A stretch of DNA of 64,000 nucleotides from Dehalococcoidia bacterium (GCA_965219085.1 OZ244720.1:1376001-1440000), one strand, 5' to 3'. Shown: positions 1 through 10,047, numbered from the stretch's first letter. A program made the numbers and translations. The notes: generated by a model from the sequence alone, not told the origin.

Positions 1-2
1 AC

Positions 3-734
3 ATCCGCGCGGCCGGCGGCGTCGCGCGCATGAGCCACGTCGCGCTGATCGAGGAGATCTGCAACGCCGTCACGATCCCCGTCATGGCGAAGGCCCGCAT
101 CGGCCACTTCGTCGAGGCGCAGATCCTCGAGGCCATCGGCGTCGACTACATCGACGAGTCCGAGGTGCTGACGCCGGCCGACGAGGCGCACCACATCGAC
201 AAGCACCCGTACCGCGTGCCGTTCGTGTGCGGCTGCCGTGACCTGGGCGAGGCGCTGCGGCGCATCGCGGAGGGCGCGGCGATGATCCGCACCAAGGGCG
301 AGGCCGGCACCGGCGACATCGTCGAGGCCGTGCGCCACATGCGCGCCGTCCACGACGGCATCCGCCGCATCTGCTCGATGCGCGACGACGAGCTGGCCAC
401 CTACGCGAAGGAGCTCGGCGCGCCGCTCGGGCTCGTGCGCGAGATCAAGGAGACGGGGCGGCTGCCGGTCGTGAACTTCTCCGCCGGCGGTGTCGCCACG
501 CCCGCCGACGCGGCGCTGATGATGCAGCTCGGCGCCGACGGCGTGTTCGTCGGTTCCGGCATCTTCAAGTCCGACGAGCCGGCCAAGATGGCGTCCGCCA
601 TCGTCCGCGCCGTGACGCACTACGAGGACCCGATGGTGCTGGCCGAGGTCTCGCGCGGCATCGGCGAGCCCATGCGCGGCCGCTCGGCCGCGTCGCTGCC
701 GGCCGAGGAGCAGCTCGCGGCGCGAGGGAACTGA
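3..734 (+). CDS. pdxS: Pyridoxal 5'-phosphate synthase lyase subunit PdxS (5'-truncated by window edge)
   Basis: Motifs [40 protein letters not shown]; frame open from window start; followed by pdxT. Confidence 0.97.
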   Translation: MRAAGGVARMSHVALIEEICNAVTIPVMAKARIGHFVEAQILEAIGVDYIDESEVLTPADEAHHIDKHPYRVPFVCGCRDLGEALRRIAEGAAMIRTKGEAGTGDIVEAVRHMRAVHDGIRRICSMRDDELATYAKELGAPLGLVREIKETGRLPVVNFSAGGVATPADAALMMQLGADGVFVGSGIFKSDEPAKMASAIVRAVTHYEDPMVLAEVSRGIGEPMRGRSAASLPAEEQLAARGN

Positions 735-777
735 GGGCGCTCACCCTGCCACGCGCTACCACGCCGCCGGGAGCACC

Positions 778-1401
778 GTGACCACCGCGCCGGGACGCGC
801 GAGCGTCGCGCCGCGCATCGGCGTGCTCGCGCTGCAGGGCGACGTGCGTGAGCACATGGAGGCGCTGGCCACGCTCGGCATCGAGGGCGCGGAGGTGCGC
901 ACGCTCGCGCAGCTCGACGCCGTCGACGGACTCATCATCCCCGGCGGCGAGAGCACGACCATCGCGCGGCTGCTCCTCACGTTCGAGATGCACGAGCCGC
1001 TGCGGGCGCGCATCGCGGCGGGCATGCCGGTGTGGGGCACCTGCGCCGGCGCGATCCTGCTCGCCGAGCGCGCAGACCTCGACCGCCCGACCCTCGGCCT
1101 GATGGACATGCTCGCCGAGCGCAACGCCTACGGCCGCCAGGTCGACTCGTTCGAGGCCGACCTCGCCATCGCCGGGCTCGACGGCGGACCGCTGCGGGCG
1201 GTGTTCATCCGTGCGCCGCGGCTGGCCGAGCCCGGCCCGGGCGTCGAGGTGCTGGCGCAACTCGAAGAGGACTCGATCGCCGCGTGCCGGCAAGGGCATA
1301 TGCTGGCGACGGCGTTCCACCCGGAGCTCACCACGGACAGCCGCCTGCACGCGTACTTCCTCGCCATGACCGAGGAGGCGCTCACGGCGACGAGGGCGTA
1401 G
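778..1401 (+). CDS. pdxT: PLP synthase glutaminase subunit PdxT
   Basis: GVLALQG, PGGEST, GTCAG nucleophile, FHPE catalytic motif. Confidence 0.96.
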   Translation: MTTAPGRASVAPRIGVLALQGDVREHMEALATLGIEGAEVRTLAQLDAVDGLIIPGGESTTIARLLLTFEMHEPLRARIAAGMPVWGTCAGAILLAERADLDRPTLGLMDMLAERNAYGRQVDSFEADLAIAGLDGGPLRAVFIRAPRLAEPGPGVEVLAQLEEDSIAACRQGHMLATAFHPELTTDSRLHAYFLAMTEEALTATRA

Positions 1402-1403
1402 CC

Positions 1404-2339
1404 ATGATCGGCCCCAGCGACCTCATCGCATTCGTCACGTTCGACGGGCACGTCTACGCCAACCAGGCCGTGACCCGCGAGCGGCTGGGCCAGCCGCCCG
1501 AGGCCGCACACGCGCTCAAGGCCGCGCTCGCGCACTGGCTGCGACGCCGCCACGTGTGGCTGGAGGTCGAGGGCCGCCACATCCAGGGCATCGCGACGGC
1601 GCGTCCGCTGTCGGCGCCAACCGCGTGGGAGATCGACACGCTGGTCGACGCGGGTGACCCCGGCGCCGAGGCGACCGTGGTGTGCTCGCTGCTGCAGCAG
1701 GCGCAGGAGGACGCGCTGCGCGACGAGGTGACGCACCTGCTTGTACGGCTGCGGACGAACGCCCCCGCCGTCGTGGGCGCGCTACGCGCAGGCTTCACGC
1801 AGGCCCTGGGCGAGCAGCTCTGGCGCGCCCCCGTCCTCCGGGGCCTCGCCGCGCCCGCCCGCTCGATCACCGTCGAGGGGGCAACCGACGCCGACGACCA
1901 CGACCTGTTCCTGCTCTACTGCCGCGCAGTCCCGGTCACTGCCCGCAGCGCGATCGCGATGACGCAGCAGGAGTGGCTCGCCACGCGCGAGGAACACTGG
2001 GTCGGCCGCCGCTCGCTCTCGCTCGTCGCGCGGTCCGGTGGCCAGATAGCGGGCATGGCTCAGCTCTCGACGTCGCACGGAGTCACACACATCGATCTGC
2101 TGGTCGCGCCCGACGTGGCCGGCGTCGCGGGCGCCCTGGTGGCGGCCACCGCGCCGCGCTGTCCGAGCGGTCAGCCGGTGCTCGCGCTCACGCCGGCCGT
2201 CGCCGGCCTCGCCGCCGGCGAGCTGCGCGCGACCGGGTTCGAGCCGGACGAAGAGTACGTCGTGCTCAGCAAGCGCATCGCCCGCCCCGTCGAGGAGACC
2301 GTGACGGTGAGCCCGGGCGTCGCGGTGCCGGGAGGGTAG
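1404..2339 (+). CDS. Hypothetical protein, possibly tandem GNAT-fold
   Basis: ATG at 1404 just after the pdxT stop; two repeats of a beta-strand/'WEIDTL'...'RxGF' GNAT-like pattern; operonic spacing. Confidence 0.55.
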   Translation: MIGPSDLIAFVTFDGHVYANQAVTRERLGQPPEAAHALKAALAHWLRRRHVWLEVEGRHIQGIATARPLSAPTAWEIDTLVDAGDPGAEATVVCSLLQQAQEDALRDEVTHLLVRLRTNAPAVVGALRAGFTQALGEQLWRAPVLRGLAAPARSITVEGATDADDHDLFLLYCRAVPVTARSAIAMTQQEWLATREEHWVGRRSLSLVARSGGQIAGMAQLSTSHGVTHIDLLVAPDVAGVAGALVAATAPRCPSGQPVLALTPAVAGLAAGELRATGFEPDEEYVVLSKRIARPVEETVTVSPGVAVPGG

Positions 2340-2343
2340 CCCG

Positions 2344-4014
2344 GTGGCGATTGAACACGTGACGGCCCCGGGCGAGGACGTCCTCGCCGACCTGCGCGAA
2401 ATCGAGCTGCTCTTCGAGACGCTCCCGGTGCGCGTCGCCGAAGCGCTCAGCGAGTCGCCCTCGGACGACCTGCTCGAGGTCGTGCTCGACCTCGGCCGCC
2501 AGCCGACGGCGCGCCACGCCGACCGCGAGATCGTGCTCAGCGAGGACGAGGTGACCGCGCAGGACCTCGACCACGTGGTGGCGGCGATCTCGGAGTTCGC
2601 CGACGACAACCGCGCCGGCATCCCGCGCACGCTCCACCGCATCTCCGCGATCCGTAACCGCCGAGGCCGCATCGTGGGGCTCACGTGCCGGGTCGGCCGC
2701 AGCGTGACCGGCTCCGCCGGAGCCATCCGCGACCTGTTCGAGGCGGGGCGCAGCGTCCTGCTCCTGGGCGCGCCGGGCGTCGGCAAGACGACGATGCTGC
2801 GCGAGGCGGCGCGCGTACTCGCCGACGACCTCAACCGGCGCGTGGTCATCGTCGACACGTCGAACGAGATCGGCGGCGACGGCGACATCCCGCACCACGC
2901 CGTGGGCCGTGCCCGCCGCATGCAGGTGCCGCACCCCGAGCTGCAGCACCAGCTCATGATCGAGGCGGTCGAGAACCACATGCCCGAGGTGATCGTGATC
3001 GACGAGATCGGCACTGCCCTCGAGGCGACGGCAGCGCGCACCATCGCCGAGCGCGGCGTGCAGCTGATCGGCACGGCGCACGGCAACACGCTGCACAACC
3101 TCATGCAGAACCCGACGCTCTCCGACCTCATCGGCGGGATCGAGTCGGTCACCCTCGGCGACGAGGAGGCGCGGCGGCGCGGCACGCAGAAAACGGTGCT
3201 CGAACGCCGCGCGCCGCCGACGTTCGAGTCGCTCGTCGAGATCCAGTCGTTCGACCGCGTGGCGGTGCACGAGGACATCGGCGGCACCGTCGACAAGCTG
3301 CTGCGCGGCTTCGACGCCGAGGCCGAGGTGCGCACGATCAGCCCCGGCGGCGAGGTATCGGCAGCCACACGCGTGCCGGTGCCCTCGGGCCCCTCGGAGG
3401 CGGCTGCGGCTCTGCGGGAGCGCGAGTCGATCATGGAACCGCTGCCGCCCGCTCCCGGCGGCCCGCTGCGTCGCATCCTCCCGTTCGGCGTGAGCCGGTC
3501 GCGGCTGGAGCAGGCGATCCACGAGACGCGCTCGGACGCCGAGGTGGTCGATCGCGTCGGCGACGCAGACGCGGTGATGACGCTGCGTCCGTACTACCGG
3601 CGTCGCAGCGGCCCGCTGCGGGAAGCGGCCTCGCGCGGCATCCCCGTCTACGTGCTGCGCAACAACACGATCAGCCAGATGGAGCAGTCGCTGATGCGCA
3701 TGCGCGGCGACGGCAACGAGCCCGACCCCACCACCTCGGCGCTGCGAGAGGCCGAGGACGCCATCGCGGCGGTCAACCTGCGCGGCGAGAGCAGCATCGA
3801 GCTGTCACCGCAGAACGCGTACATCCGCCGGCTCCAGCACGAGCTGGCCTCCCGCCACGGCGCGACCTCGGTCTCGCGCGGGCGCGAGCCGTATCGCCGC
3901 GTGATGCTCACGGCAGGTGACGGCGAGCTGCGCGGTGCCCGTGCGGTGCCCGCCCTCGGCGACGCACTCGAGGCTCTACCAGGAGGCGGGGATACCCCGC
4001 CGGGCTACGAGTAG
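2344..4014 (+). CDS. Ycf45/SpoIIIAA-like AAA ATPase with C-terminal R3H domain
   Basis: Walker A GAPGVGKT, VDTSNEIGG, EAVENHMPEVIVIDEIG; R3H motif RRLQH. Confidence 0.9.
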   Translation: MAIEHVTAPGEDVLADLREIELLFETLPVRVAEALSESPSDDLLEVVLDLGRQPTARHADREIVLSEDEVTAQDLDHVVAAISEFADDNRAGIPRTLHRISAIRNRRGRIVGLTCRVGRSVTGSAGAIRDLFEAGRSVLLLGAPGVGKTTMLREAARVLADDLNRRVVIVDTSNEIGGDGDIPHHAVGRARRMQVPHPELQHQLMIEAVENHMPEVIVIDEIGTALEATAARTIAERGVQLIGTAHGNTLHNLMQNPTLSDLIGGIESVTLGDEEARRRGTQKTVLERRAPPTFESLVEIQSFDRVAVHEDIGGTVDKLLRGFDAEAEVRTISPGGEVSAATRVPVPSGPSEAAAALRERESIMEPLPPAPGGPLRRILPFGVSRSRLEQAIHETRSDAEVVDRVGDADAVMTLRPYYRRRSGPLREAASRGIPVYVLRNNTISQMEQSLMRMRGDGNEPDPTTSALREAEDAIAAVNLRGESSIELSPQNAYIRRLQHELASRHGATSVSRGREPYRRVMLTAGDGELRGARAVPALGDALEALPGGGDTPPGYE

Positions 4015-4019
4015 CGTCG

Positions 4020-4646
4020 GTGGCCGCCTGCGACGGCTGCTTCGTCACCATCGAGGGCGGCGAAGGCGCCGGAAAGTCGACCCTCCTCGACGCGCTCGCC
4101 GAGCGCGCCCGCACCGAGGGTTTCGAGGTGGTGACGTGCCGCGAGCCCGGCGGCACCGCGCTCGGTGAGCGGCTCCGCGCCGCGCTCCTCGGCAGCGACG
4201 GACCCGCGCCCGACGCGCGCGCCGAACTGCTCGTCTTCGCGGCTGCGCGCGCGCAGCTCGTAGCCGAGGTGATCCGCCCCGCCCTGAAGCGCGGCGCGCT
4301 CGTGCTCTGCGACCGCTACGCCGACTCGACGCTCGCGTACCAGCACCACGGCCGCGAGCTGCCTCGTGACACCGTCGACGCCGTGAACGCGGCTGCGACC
4401 GGCGGCCTCACGCCAGACCTCACGTTGCTCCTCGACCTGCCTCCGGCCGAGGGGCTGCGCCGTACGGGCCGCGCCGGCGACTACATGGAGCGCGAGGAGC
4501 TGGCGTTCCACGAGCGTGTGCGCGCGGGCTACGAGGTGCTGGCGCGCACGGAGCCAGAGCGCTGGCGCGTCCTCGATGCGAGTCGGGCGGCTGCTGCGCT
4601 AGCCGACGAGGCGTGGGGTGAGGTCGGGCGCGTGACTCAAAGCTGA
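4020..4646 (+). CDS. tmk: Thymidylate kinase
   Basis: IEGGEGAGKST P-loop, REPGGT, CDRY, PDLTLLLD. Confidence 0.95.
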   Translation: MAACDGCFVTIEGGEGAGKSTLLDALAERARTEGFEVVTCREPGGTALGERLRAALLGSDGPAPDARAELLVFAAARAQLVAEVIRPALKRGALVLCDRYADSTLAYQHHGRELPRDTVDAVNAAATGGLTPDLTLLLDLPPAEGLRRTGRAGDYMEREELAFHERVRAGYEVLARTEPERWRVLDASRAAAALADEAWGEVGRVTQS

Positions 4647-4664
4647 GGCTGCCTCACGGCAGCC
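4647..4664 (+). terminator. GC hairpin immediately after tmk stop
   Basis: GGCTGCC-TCAC-GGCAGCC perfect 7-bp stem; no U-tract. Confidence 0.35.
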
Positions 4665-4836
4665 GCGCGCCCTCTCGCCGAAGCGCACAGGGGGTGTCCC
4701 CGCGATCGTACGCCCCGGAACTCGCCCGACGCCACAGTCGTCCCTCGTCTGCAACAACCGGCGTCGTGTACCGCTGCCGCGAGACTTGTGCGGCACGTCA
4801 CAACCGACCCGCAGCCGCTCCCACGGAGGGTCGTCG

Positions 4837-5355
4837 ATGAGCGAGCCGGAACTGCCGGAGGGGTGGCCGCAGGCGTTCGATGAGGAGGCGCGTGACTACC
4901 TGTACATGGAGGCCAGCACGCGCCTGCGCGAAGTCATCGAATTCGGAAACCAACAACTCGATAAGGGGCTCGCCCTGCTCAGGCTTTCCCTTCTGGTGAT
5001 CGCTGCCGGAGGGATCTTCGGAGACCTGTACCTCGGATTCAGCTTGCTGGGCGTACTCTCAGGACTAGCCGTTGGCGCAGCCCTCGTGGTGGGCGGAATG
5101 GGGCTTCTTCTGCTCTATCCAAGGGACTGGGAAACGGGGGCTAATGTCGACTGGCTCGCCCGCTGGCGAGGGGCGGACACCCGAGCGATGAGAGATTCAG
5201 TGCTCGAAACCATGGTCAGAGGGTTCCGGACCAACCGCAGGATCACTGAACAGCGCGGGAGAATCCTCGTGTTGCTCGTCCCTGCAGTGATGGTTCAGAC
5301 CGTGCTCGTGGTGCTCGTGCAGATCGTGTCGGTACTCGAAGTGTCGGCCAGCTAG
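4837..5355 (+). CDS. Membrane protein (about 3 TM), loosely Pycsar-effector/DUF5706-like topology
   Basis: GGAGG RBS at 4825-4829; hydrophobic segments; pattern 'LDK-hydrophobic...YP...N..I..+-hydrophobic'; codon usage less GC-biased than neighbours. Confidence 0.6.
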   Translation: MSEPELPEGWPQAFDEEARDYLYMEASTRLREVIEFGNQQLDKGLALLRLSLLVIAAGGIFGDLYLGFSLLGVLSGLAVGAALVVGGMGLLLLYPRDWETGANVDWLARWRGADTRAMRDSVLETMVRGFRTNRRITEQRGRILVLLVPAVMVQTVLVVLVQIVSVLEVSAS

Positions 5356-5492
5356 CGGCCCCACTTCTCTATTCGGATGGGGGATCCGGGCGGGCGAGGG
5401 GGCGAAGAAGGCCTCGCGGCACCAGCTGACTCACCCCCGGTCTTGGCTCGCCGCGATGGCCCGACGCAGCTTCCGTGATTCGCCCTACCCAC
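5352..5492 (-). CDS. Microprotein B (46 aa) ending PSSPPRPPGSPIRIEKWGR
   Basis: GAGG then GTG at 5492; C-terminal 19 aa are 16/19 identical to microprotein A, mostly via synonymous codons. Confidence 0.6.
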   Translation of the reverse strand: MGRANHGSCVGPSRRAKTGGESAGAARPSSPPRPPGSPIRIEKWGR

Positions 5493-5535
5493 GGAAGAAC
5501 CTCGCATCCGCGCACGCCAGCACATGTAACCGCAG

Positions 5536-5673
5536 TTAGCGGCCCCACTTCTCGATGGTGCTCGGCGAGCCCGGCGGCCGTGGCGGATCCGACGGCTTGC
5601 CGTCGTGCTTCGGCGTATCGCCAGCCGCGCCACCTTGTGGCGCGGACCCTGCGTCGGCCTTGCCTCCGGCCAT
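5536..5673 (-). CDS. Microprotein A (45 aa) ending PSDPPRPPGSPSTIEKWGR
   Basis: ATG 14 nt downstream of thiolase stop, preceded by GAAGGG; paralog of 5352-5492. Confidence 0.65.
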   Translation of the reverse strand: MAGGKADAGSAPQGGAAGDTPKHDGKPSDPPRPPGSPSTIEKWGR

Positions 5674-5687
5674 CGGTTGGCCCTTCG

Positions 5688-6863
5688 CTAGTTGATGCGC
5701 TCGAAGATCGAGGCGATGCCCTGGCCGCCGCCGATGCACAGCGACACCATCGCGTACCGACCGTCAATGCGCTCGAGCTCGTACATGGCCTTCACCGTGA
5801 GGATCGTGCCGCTCGCGCCCACCGGGTGACCGAGCGCGATCGCGCCGCCGTTCGGGTTGGTCTTCTCCACGGGCAGGTCGAGCGCCGCGCTGCACGCCGC
5901 CGACACCGAGGCGAACGCCTCGTTCAGCTCGATCGTGTCCATGTCGCCCACGGTCAGACCGGCCTTCTCGAGCGCGCTCTGCATCGCCGGGATGGGCCCG
6001 GAGCCCATGATCCGCGGCTCGACGCCCGCCTGCGCGCGAGCGACGAGGCGGAACTTCGGCGTCATGCCCAGCTCGGCGGCCTTGCTCGCCGTGGTCACGA
6101 CCACCGCGGCTGCGCCGTCGTTGATGCCCGAGGAGTTCCCGGCCGTCACCTGGCCGTCCGGCTTGAAGGCCGGGCGCAGCCGCCCGAGCGACTCCATGTC
6201 CGTCCGGCGTGGGTGCTCGTCGGTGTCGAACGTCGCGGTCCTGCGGCCCTGGCGGACCTCCATCGGGAGGATCTGGTCCTTGAAGTACCCCGCCTCGATA
6301 GCCGCGAGCGCGCGCTCCTGGGAGCGCACCGAAACCTCGTCCTGGGTCTCACGCGAGACCTCGAACTGCTCGGCGAGGTTCTCGGCCGTGACGCCCATGT
6401 GACAGGACTCGTACGGGTCCGAGATGAGGTGCAGCAGGTTGTCCTCAAGCGCGTCGTGGCCGAGGCGGTAACCCGCGCGGCCCTTGCGCAGCAGGTAGGG
6501 CTGCATCGTCATGTTCTCGGCGCCGCCGGCGACGATGATGTCGGCGTCGCCGGTCTGCAGCCAGCGGGCGGCGCTGTTGATCGCCTCGAGGCCCGAGCCG
6601 CAGATGCGGTTCACCGTGTAGGCCGCGGTGCCGACCGGCAGGCCGGCCTTCAGCGTGGCGACGCGGGCGATGTAGCCGTCCTCGGCCACCTGCCCGACGC
6701 AACCGAGGATGACCTGGTCGATCTGTTCGCCCTCAAGGCCGGCGCGTTCTACCGACTCGCGGATGACAGCCGCCCCGAGGTCGGAGGCAGGCGTCTGGCT
6801 GAACGAGCCGTTCATCGTGCCGATCGCGGTGCGCACGCCGCTGAGCAGGACAATGTCTTCCAT
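5688..6863 (-). CDS. Acetyl-CoA C-acetyltransferase (thiolase)
   Basis: NRICGSG, NEAFA, GHPVGASG, SLCIGGG catalytic motifs; start taken at MEDIVLL. Confidence 0.95.
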   Translation of the reverse strand: MEDIVLLSGVRTAIGTMNGSFSQTPASDLGAAVIRESVERAGLEGEQIDQVILGCVGQVAEDGYIARVATLKAGLPVGTAAYTVNRICGSGLEAINSAARWLQTGDADIIVAGGAENMTMQPYLLRKGRAGYRLGHDALEDNLLHLISDPYESCHMGVTAENLAEQFEVSRETQDEVSVRSQERALAAIEAGYFKDQILPMEVRQGRRTATFDTDEHPRRTDMESLGRLRPAFKPDGQVTAGNSSGINDGAAAVVVTTASKAAELGMTPKFRLVARAQAGVEPRIMGSGPIPAMQSALEKAGLTVGDMDTIELNEAFASVSAACSAALDLPVEKTNPNGGAIALGHPVGASGTILTVKAMYELERIDGRYAMVSLCIGGGQGIASIFERIN

Positions 6864-7052
6864 CGGAAGCCCCCTACGGTCGGTACTCGCTGGCCGTTCG
6901 GCCACCGCCGGTACCCGTATTCTGTGTATACAAGTGTACGGCGCGTGGCGCTAGCGCGGCATGTGGACATCGCCCCAGACGGGCGAATTTCGAGGAATTT
7001 CCGCATCGTGCGGGCGCCTCGGGACACCCTGCGTGCATGCGGGCGCCTCTCA

Positions 7053-7081
7053 TTGCCCGCCCCCGGACGCGCCCATAAACT
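7053..7081 (+). promoter_or_regulatory. Sigma70-like promoter for thrB, probably leaderless
   Basis: TTGCCC-N17-TAAACT ending 6 nt before the ATG at 7088. Confidence 0.5.
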
Positions 7082-7087
7082 CGATCC

Positions 7088-7987
7088 ATGAGCGCATCGA
7101 GCGTCGCCGTCGAGGTCCCGGCTACCTCCGCCAACCTCGGATCGGGATTCGACAGCCTCGGCGTCGCGCTCGACTGGACGCTGCTCCTGCGCTTCACCCT
7201 CCACCACGACCCACAGCCCCCGCCCCAGGATCCGATCGCGCTCATGGCCGGGCGGGCGGCGCTCACGCTCTACAATATGGCCGCGATCCCGGCCCCCGCC
7301 GGCCTCGAGGTCAGCGTCGAGCCGGACGGGCCACCGGTCGGGCGCGGGCTCGGCCTCTCGGCGGCCGCGCGCGTCGCCGGCGTGATCGCCGCCAACGCGC
7401 TCACCGGCAGCGACTACGACCCCGAGACGCTGCTCCCGCTCGCGGTGCAGCTCGAGCGCCACGCCGACAACGCCGTCCCGGCGATGTTCGGCGGGCTCCA
7501 GGTGGTGGTCGAACACGACCTCGACGGCGTACTGCACCTCGGCCTCATGCCACCCGAGGAGCTGCGGTTCGTGCTGCTCGTGCCCGACCTGACGATGGCA
7601 ACCGAGGAGACGCGGCAGCAGCTGCCGCAGCGCGTCTCCCGCAACCACGCCGTACACAACATCGGCCGCGCGGCGCTGCTCGTCGCCGCCCTCACCGAGC
7701 GTCGCTACGACCTGCTGCAGGCGGCCACCGAGGATGTGCTGCACCAGCCGGCGCGCGCCACGATCTTCGAGCCGATGTACCCGATCTTCCAGGCCGCCCG
7801 CGACGCCGGCGCGCACGGCGCGTACCTCTCCGGCGGCGGCCCCTCGATCGCCGCGCTCGCCACCGACCACTTCGAGGAGATCGCGGGCGCAATGCGCGCC
7901 GCGGCCGCCTCGCACGGCGTCGACGCGATCACGCGCATCTGCGAGGCCCGCGCGGAGGGCGCCGTGCTGCTGCCGGACGAGGCCTAG
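7088..7987 (+). CDS. thrB: Homoserine kinase
   Basis: VPATSANLGSGFDSLG, PVGRGLGLS, HADN, LSGGGPS. Confidence 0.95.
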   Translation: MSASSVAVEVPATSANLGSGFDSLGVALDWTLLLRFTLHHDPQPPPQDPIALMAGRAALTLYNMAAIPAPAGLEVSVEPDGPPVGRGLGLSAAARVAGVIAANALTGSDYDPETLLPLAVQLERHADNAVPAMFGGLQVVVEHDLDGVLHLGLMPPEELRFVLLVPDLTMATEETRQQLPQRVSRNHAVHNIGRAALLVAALTERRYDLLQAATEDVLHQPARATIFEPMYPIFQAARDAGAHGAYLSGGGPSIAALATDHFEEIAGAMRAAAASHGVDAITRICEARAEGAVLLPDEA

Positions 7988-7996
7988 GGCCGTCCG

Positions 7997-9217
7997 ATGG
8001 CGCTCGTCGTCCAGAAGTACGGCGGCTCGTCGGTCGCCGACGCGGAGAAGATCCAGCACGTCGCGCGCCGCATCATGGCGCGCCACACCGCCGGCGACCG
8101 CGTCGTCGCGGTTGTTTCGGCGATGGGCAAGACCACCGACGAGTTGATCGCGCTGACGGCGCAGATCACCGCGAACCCGCGCCCGCGCGAGCTCGACATG
8201 CTGATGGCGACGGGCGAGGCCGTCTCCTCGACGCTGCTCTCGATGGCGCTGCACGAACTCGGGGCCGGGGCAATCAGCCTCAGCGGCCCGCAGGCCGGCA
8301 TCCGCACCGACGCCGTCTTCGGGCGCGCCCGCATCTCCGGCATCGACACGGCGCGCCTCGAGCATGAGCTCGACCGCGGCCAGGTGGTCATCGTTGCCGG
8401 GTTCCAGGGCGCGTCGGACGACTTCGACATCACCACGCTCGGCCGCGGCGGCAGCGACACCACGGCCGTCGCGCTCGCCGCGGCGCTCAACGCCGACCGC
8501 TGCGAGATCTACACCGACGTCGGCGGCGTCTATACCGCCGACCCCCGCGTCTGCCCGGCGGCGCGGCCGCTGCGCGACATCGGCTACGAGGAGATGCTGG
8601 AGCTGGCGACCACGGGCGCGCGGGTCATACATGCGCGCGCGGTCGAGATCGGCGAGCTGTACGGCGTCGCGATCCTCGTCGCGAGCACCTTCGACGCCGA
8701 GGCGCCCGGTACGCTGATCCACAAGGAGACGACGATGGAGCAGGCCAACAAGGTGCGCGGTATCGCGCACGAGTCCAACATCGCGAAGATCACGGTGCGC
8801 GGCGTGCCGGACCAGCCGGGTGTGGCGGCGCATCTCTTCGGCCCGCTCGCCGAGGCCGGCATCTCGGTCGACACGATCGTGCAGAACGCGAGCGTCGAGC
8901 AGCTCACCGACATGACGTTCACCGTCGGTCGCGACGACCTCGCGGACGCCGTGGGCGTCGTCGAGGAGGTGCTGCCCCGCATCGACGCCGCCGAGGTGAT
9001 CGCCGACCCGGACTTCGGCTCGATCTCCATCGTCGGCACGGGTATGACGAGCAGCCCGGGCTACGCCGCGCGGATGTTCGAGCTGCTGTACGAGCACGGC
9101 ATCAACATTGAGCTGATCTCGACCTCGGAGATCCGCATCACGTGCATCGTGCGCGCGGAGCAGGTGGAGGCGGCGGTGCAGGCGCTGCACGATGGCTTCG
9201 CACTCGACCGGGAGTAG
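7997..9217 (+). CDS. lysC: Aspartate kinase with two ACT domains
   Basis: VQKYGGSS, TTLGRGGSDTTA, ISTSEIRI. Confidence 0.96.
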   Translation: MALVVQKYGGSSVADAEKIQHVARRIMARHTAGDRVVAVVSAMGKTTDELIALTAQITANPRPRELDMLMATGEAVSSTLLSMALHELGAGAISLSGPQAGIRTDAVFGRARISGIDTARLEHELDRGQVVIVAGFQGASDDFDITTLGRGGSDTTAVALAAALNADRCEIYTDVGGVYTADPRVCPAARPLRDIGYEEMLELATTGARVIHARAVEIGELYGVAILVASTFDAEAPGTLIHKETTMEQANKVRGIAHESNIAKITVRGVPDQPGVAAHLFGPLAEAGISVDTIVQNASVEQLTDMTFTVGRDDLADAVGVVEEVLPRIDAAEVIADPDFGSISIVGTGMTSSPGYAARMFELLYEHGINIELISTSEIRITCIVRAEQVEAAVQALHDGFALDRE

Positions 9218-9246
9218 ACTTGATCGAGTAGGGAAACCGGGGTCCG

Positions 9247-9729
9247 ATGCAGCGCGACCCGAGACTCGTCCGCCTCTCCGAAGAACACCACCACGGCCTC
9301 GTCTTCGCGCTGCGCCTCGAGCGCGAGCTGCCCGAGGCAGGTGACGCCGAACTCGCCGCCCTCTACGGCGACCTGCTGCGCTTCTGGGCGCGCGGCCTGC
9401 TGCCGCACTTCCACGCGGAGACCGAATGCATCATCGCACGCCTCGTCCGCCATGTGCCGGACGACGACGAGCGGGTGCGACGGCTGCAGCGCGACCACCT
9501 CGGCATGGAGGCGCTGGTGGCGCGCATGCGCGACGCCGCGGGTCACGAGGAGCGTCGAGACGCCCTCGCGACGTTCGGGGAGTCGCTGCGCGCACATATC
9601 CGCTGGGAGGAGCGCGTGCTGTTCGAGTCGCTGCAGGAGGAGCTCAGCGAGGCGGAGTTGGACGCGGCGGGCGTCGAGATCCTGGAGCGGCTGCCGAAGC
9701 CGACTCGGTCGCCGTGGGTGGAGGGGTAG
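9247..9729 (+). CDS. Hemerythrin-domain protein
   Basis: LSEEHHH, HFHAE, RDH, HIRWEERVLF His/Glu ligand pattern. Confidence 0.85.
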   Translation: MQRDPRLVRLSEEHHHGLVFALRLERELPEAGDAELAALYGDLLRFWARGLLPHFHAETECIIARLVRHVPDDDERVRRLQRDHLGMEALVARMRDAAGHEERRDALATFGESLRAHIRWEERVLFESLQEELSEAELDAAGVEILERLPKPTRSPWVEG

Positions 9730-9846
9730 CCGGAGACTCCCGCTCCAGCGAGCGCGATGCGACGCAGCTCACGAGCTACGTGGTTGAGCCCAGGTGCCGA
9801 GTGCTCAATACGGGTCTACGGGCGGTTATGCTACGACCCGGGGGAA

Positions 9847-10047
9847 GTGAACTTGGCGACTGTTCGGATTGCGGTCGAACCACGAGTCCTCGTCTGGGCG
9901 CGGCTCAACGCGGGTCTGGATGAGGACAGCGCCGCCAAGAAGATCGGAGTCTCACCTCGAACGCTCACTCGGTGGGAGTCGGGTGAACTGGATCCGACCG
10001 TCGTCCAATTGAGGAAGACGGGGAAAGCCTACGGGCGCCCCCTCTAG
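9847..10047 (+). pseudogene. XRE HTH fragment, probably the N-terminus of an XRE-ImmA/IrrE (DUF955) protein
   Basis: VLVWAR...AAKKIGV...WESG...PTVVQL...YGRPL then stop; the expected metallopeptidase domain is absent. Confidence 0.6.

Noticed and set aside
5353-5553. 17-bp direct repeat TAGCGGCCCCACTTCTC as att sites or a target duplication
   Set aside because: Similarity extends further at the protein level with synonymous changes, so paralogous peptides explain it better
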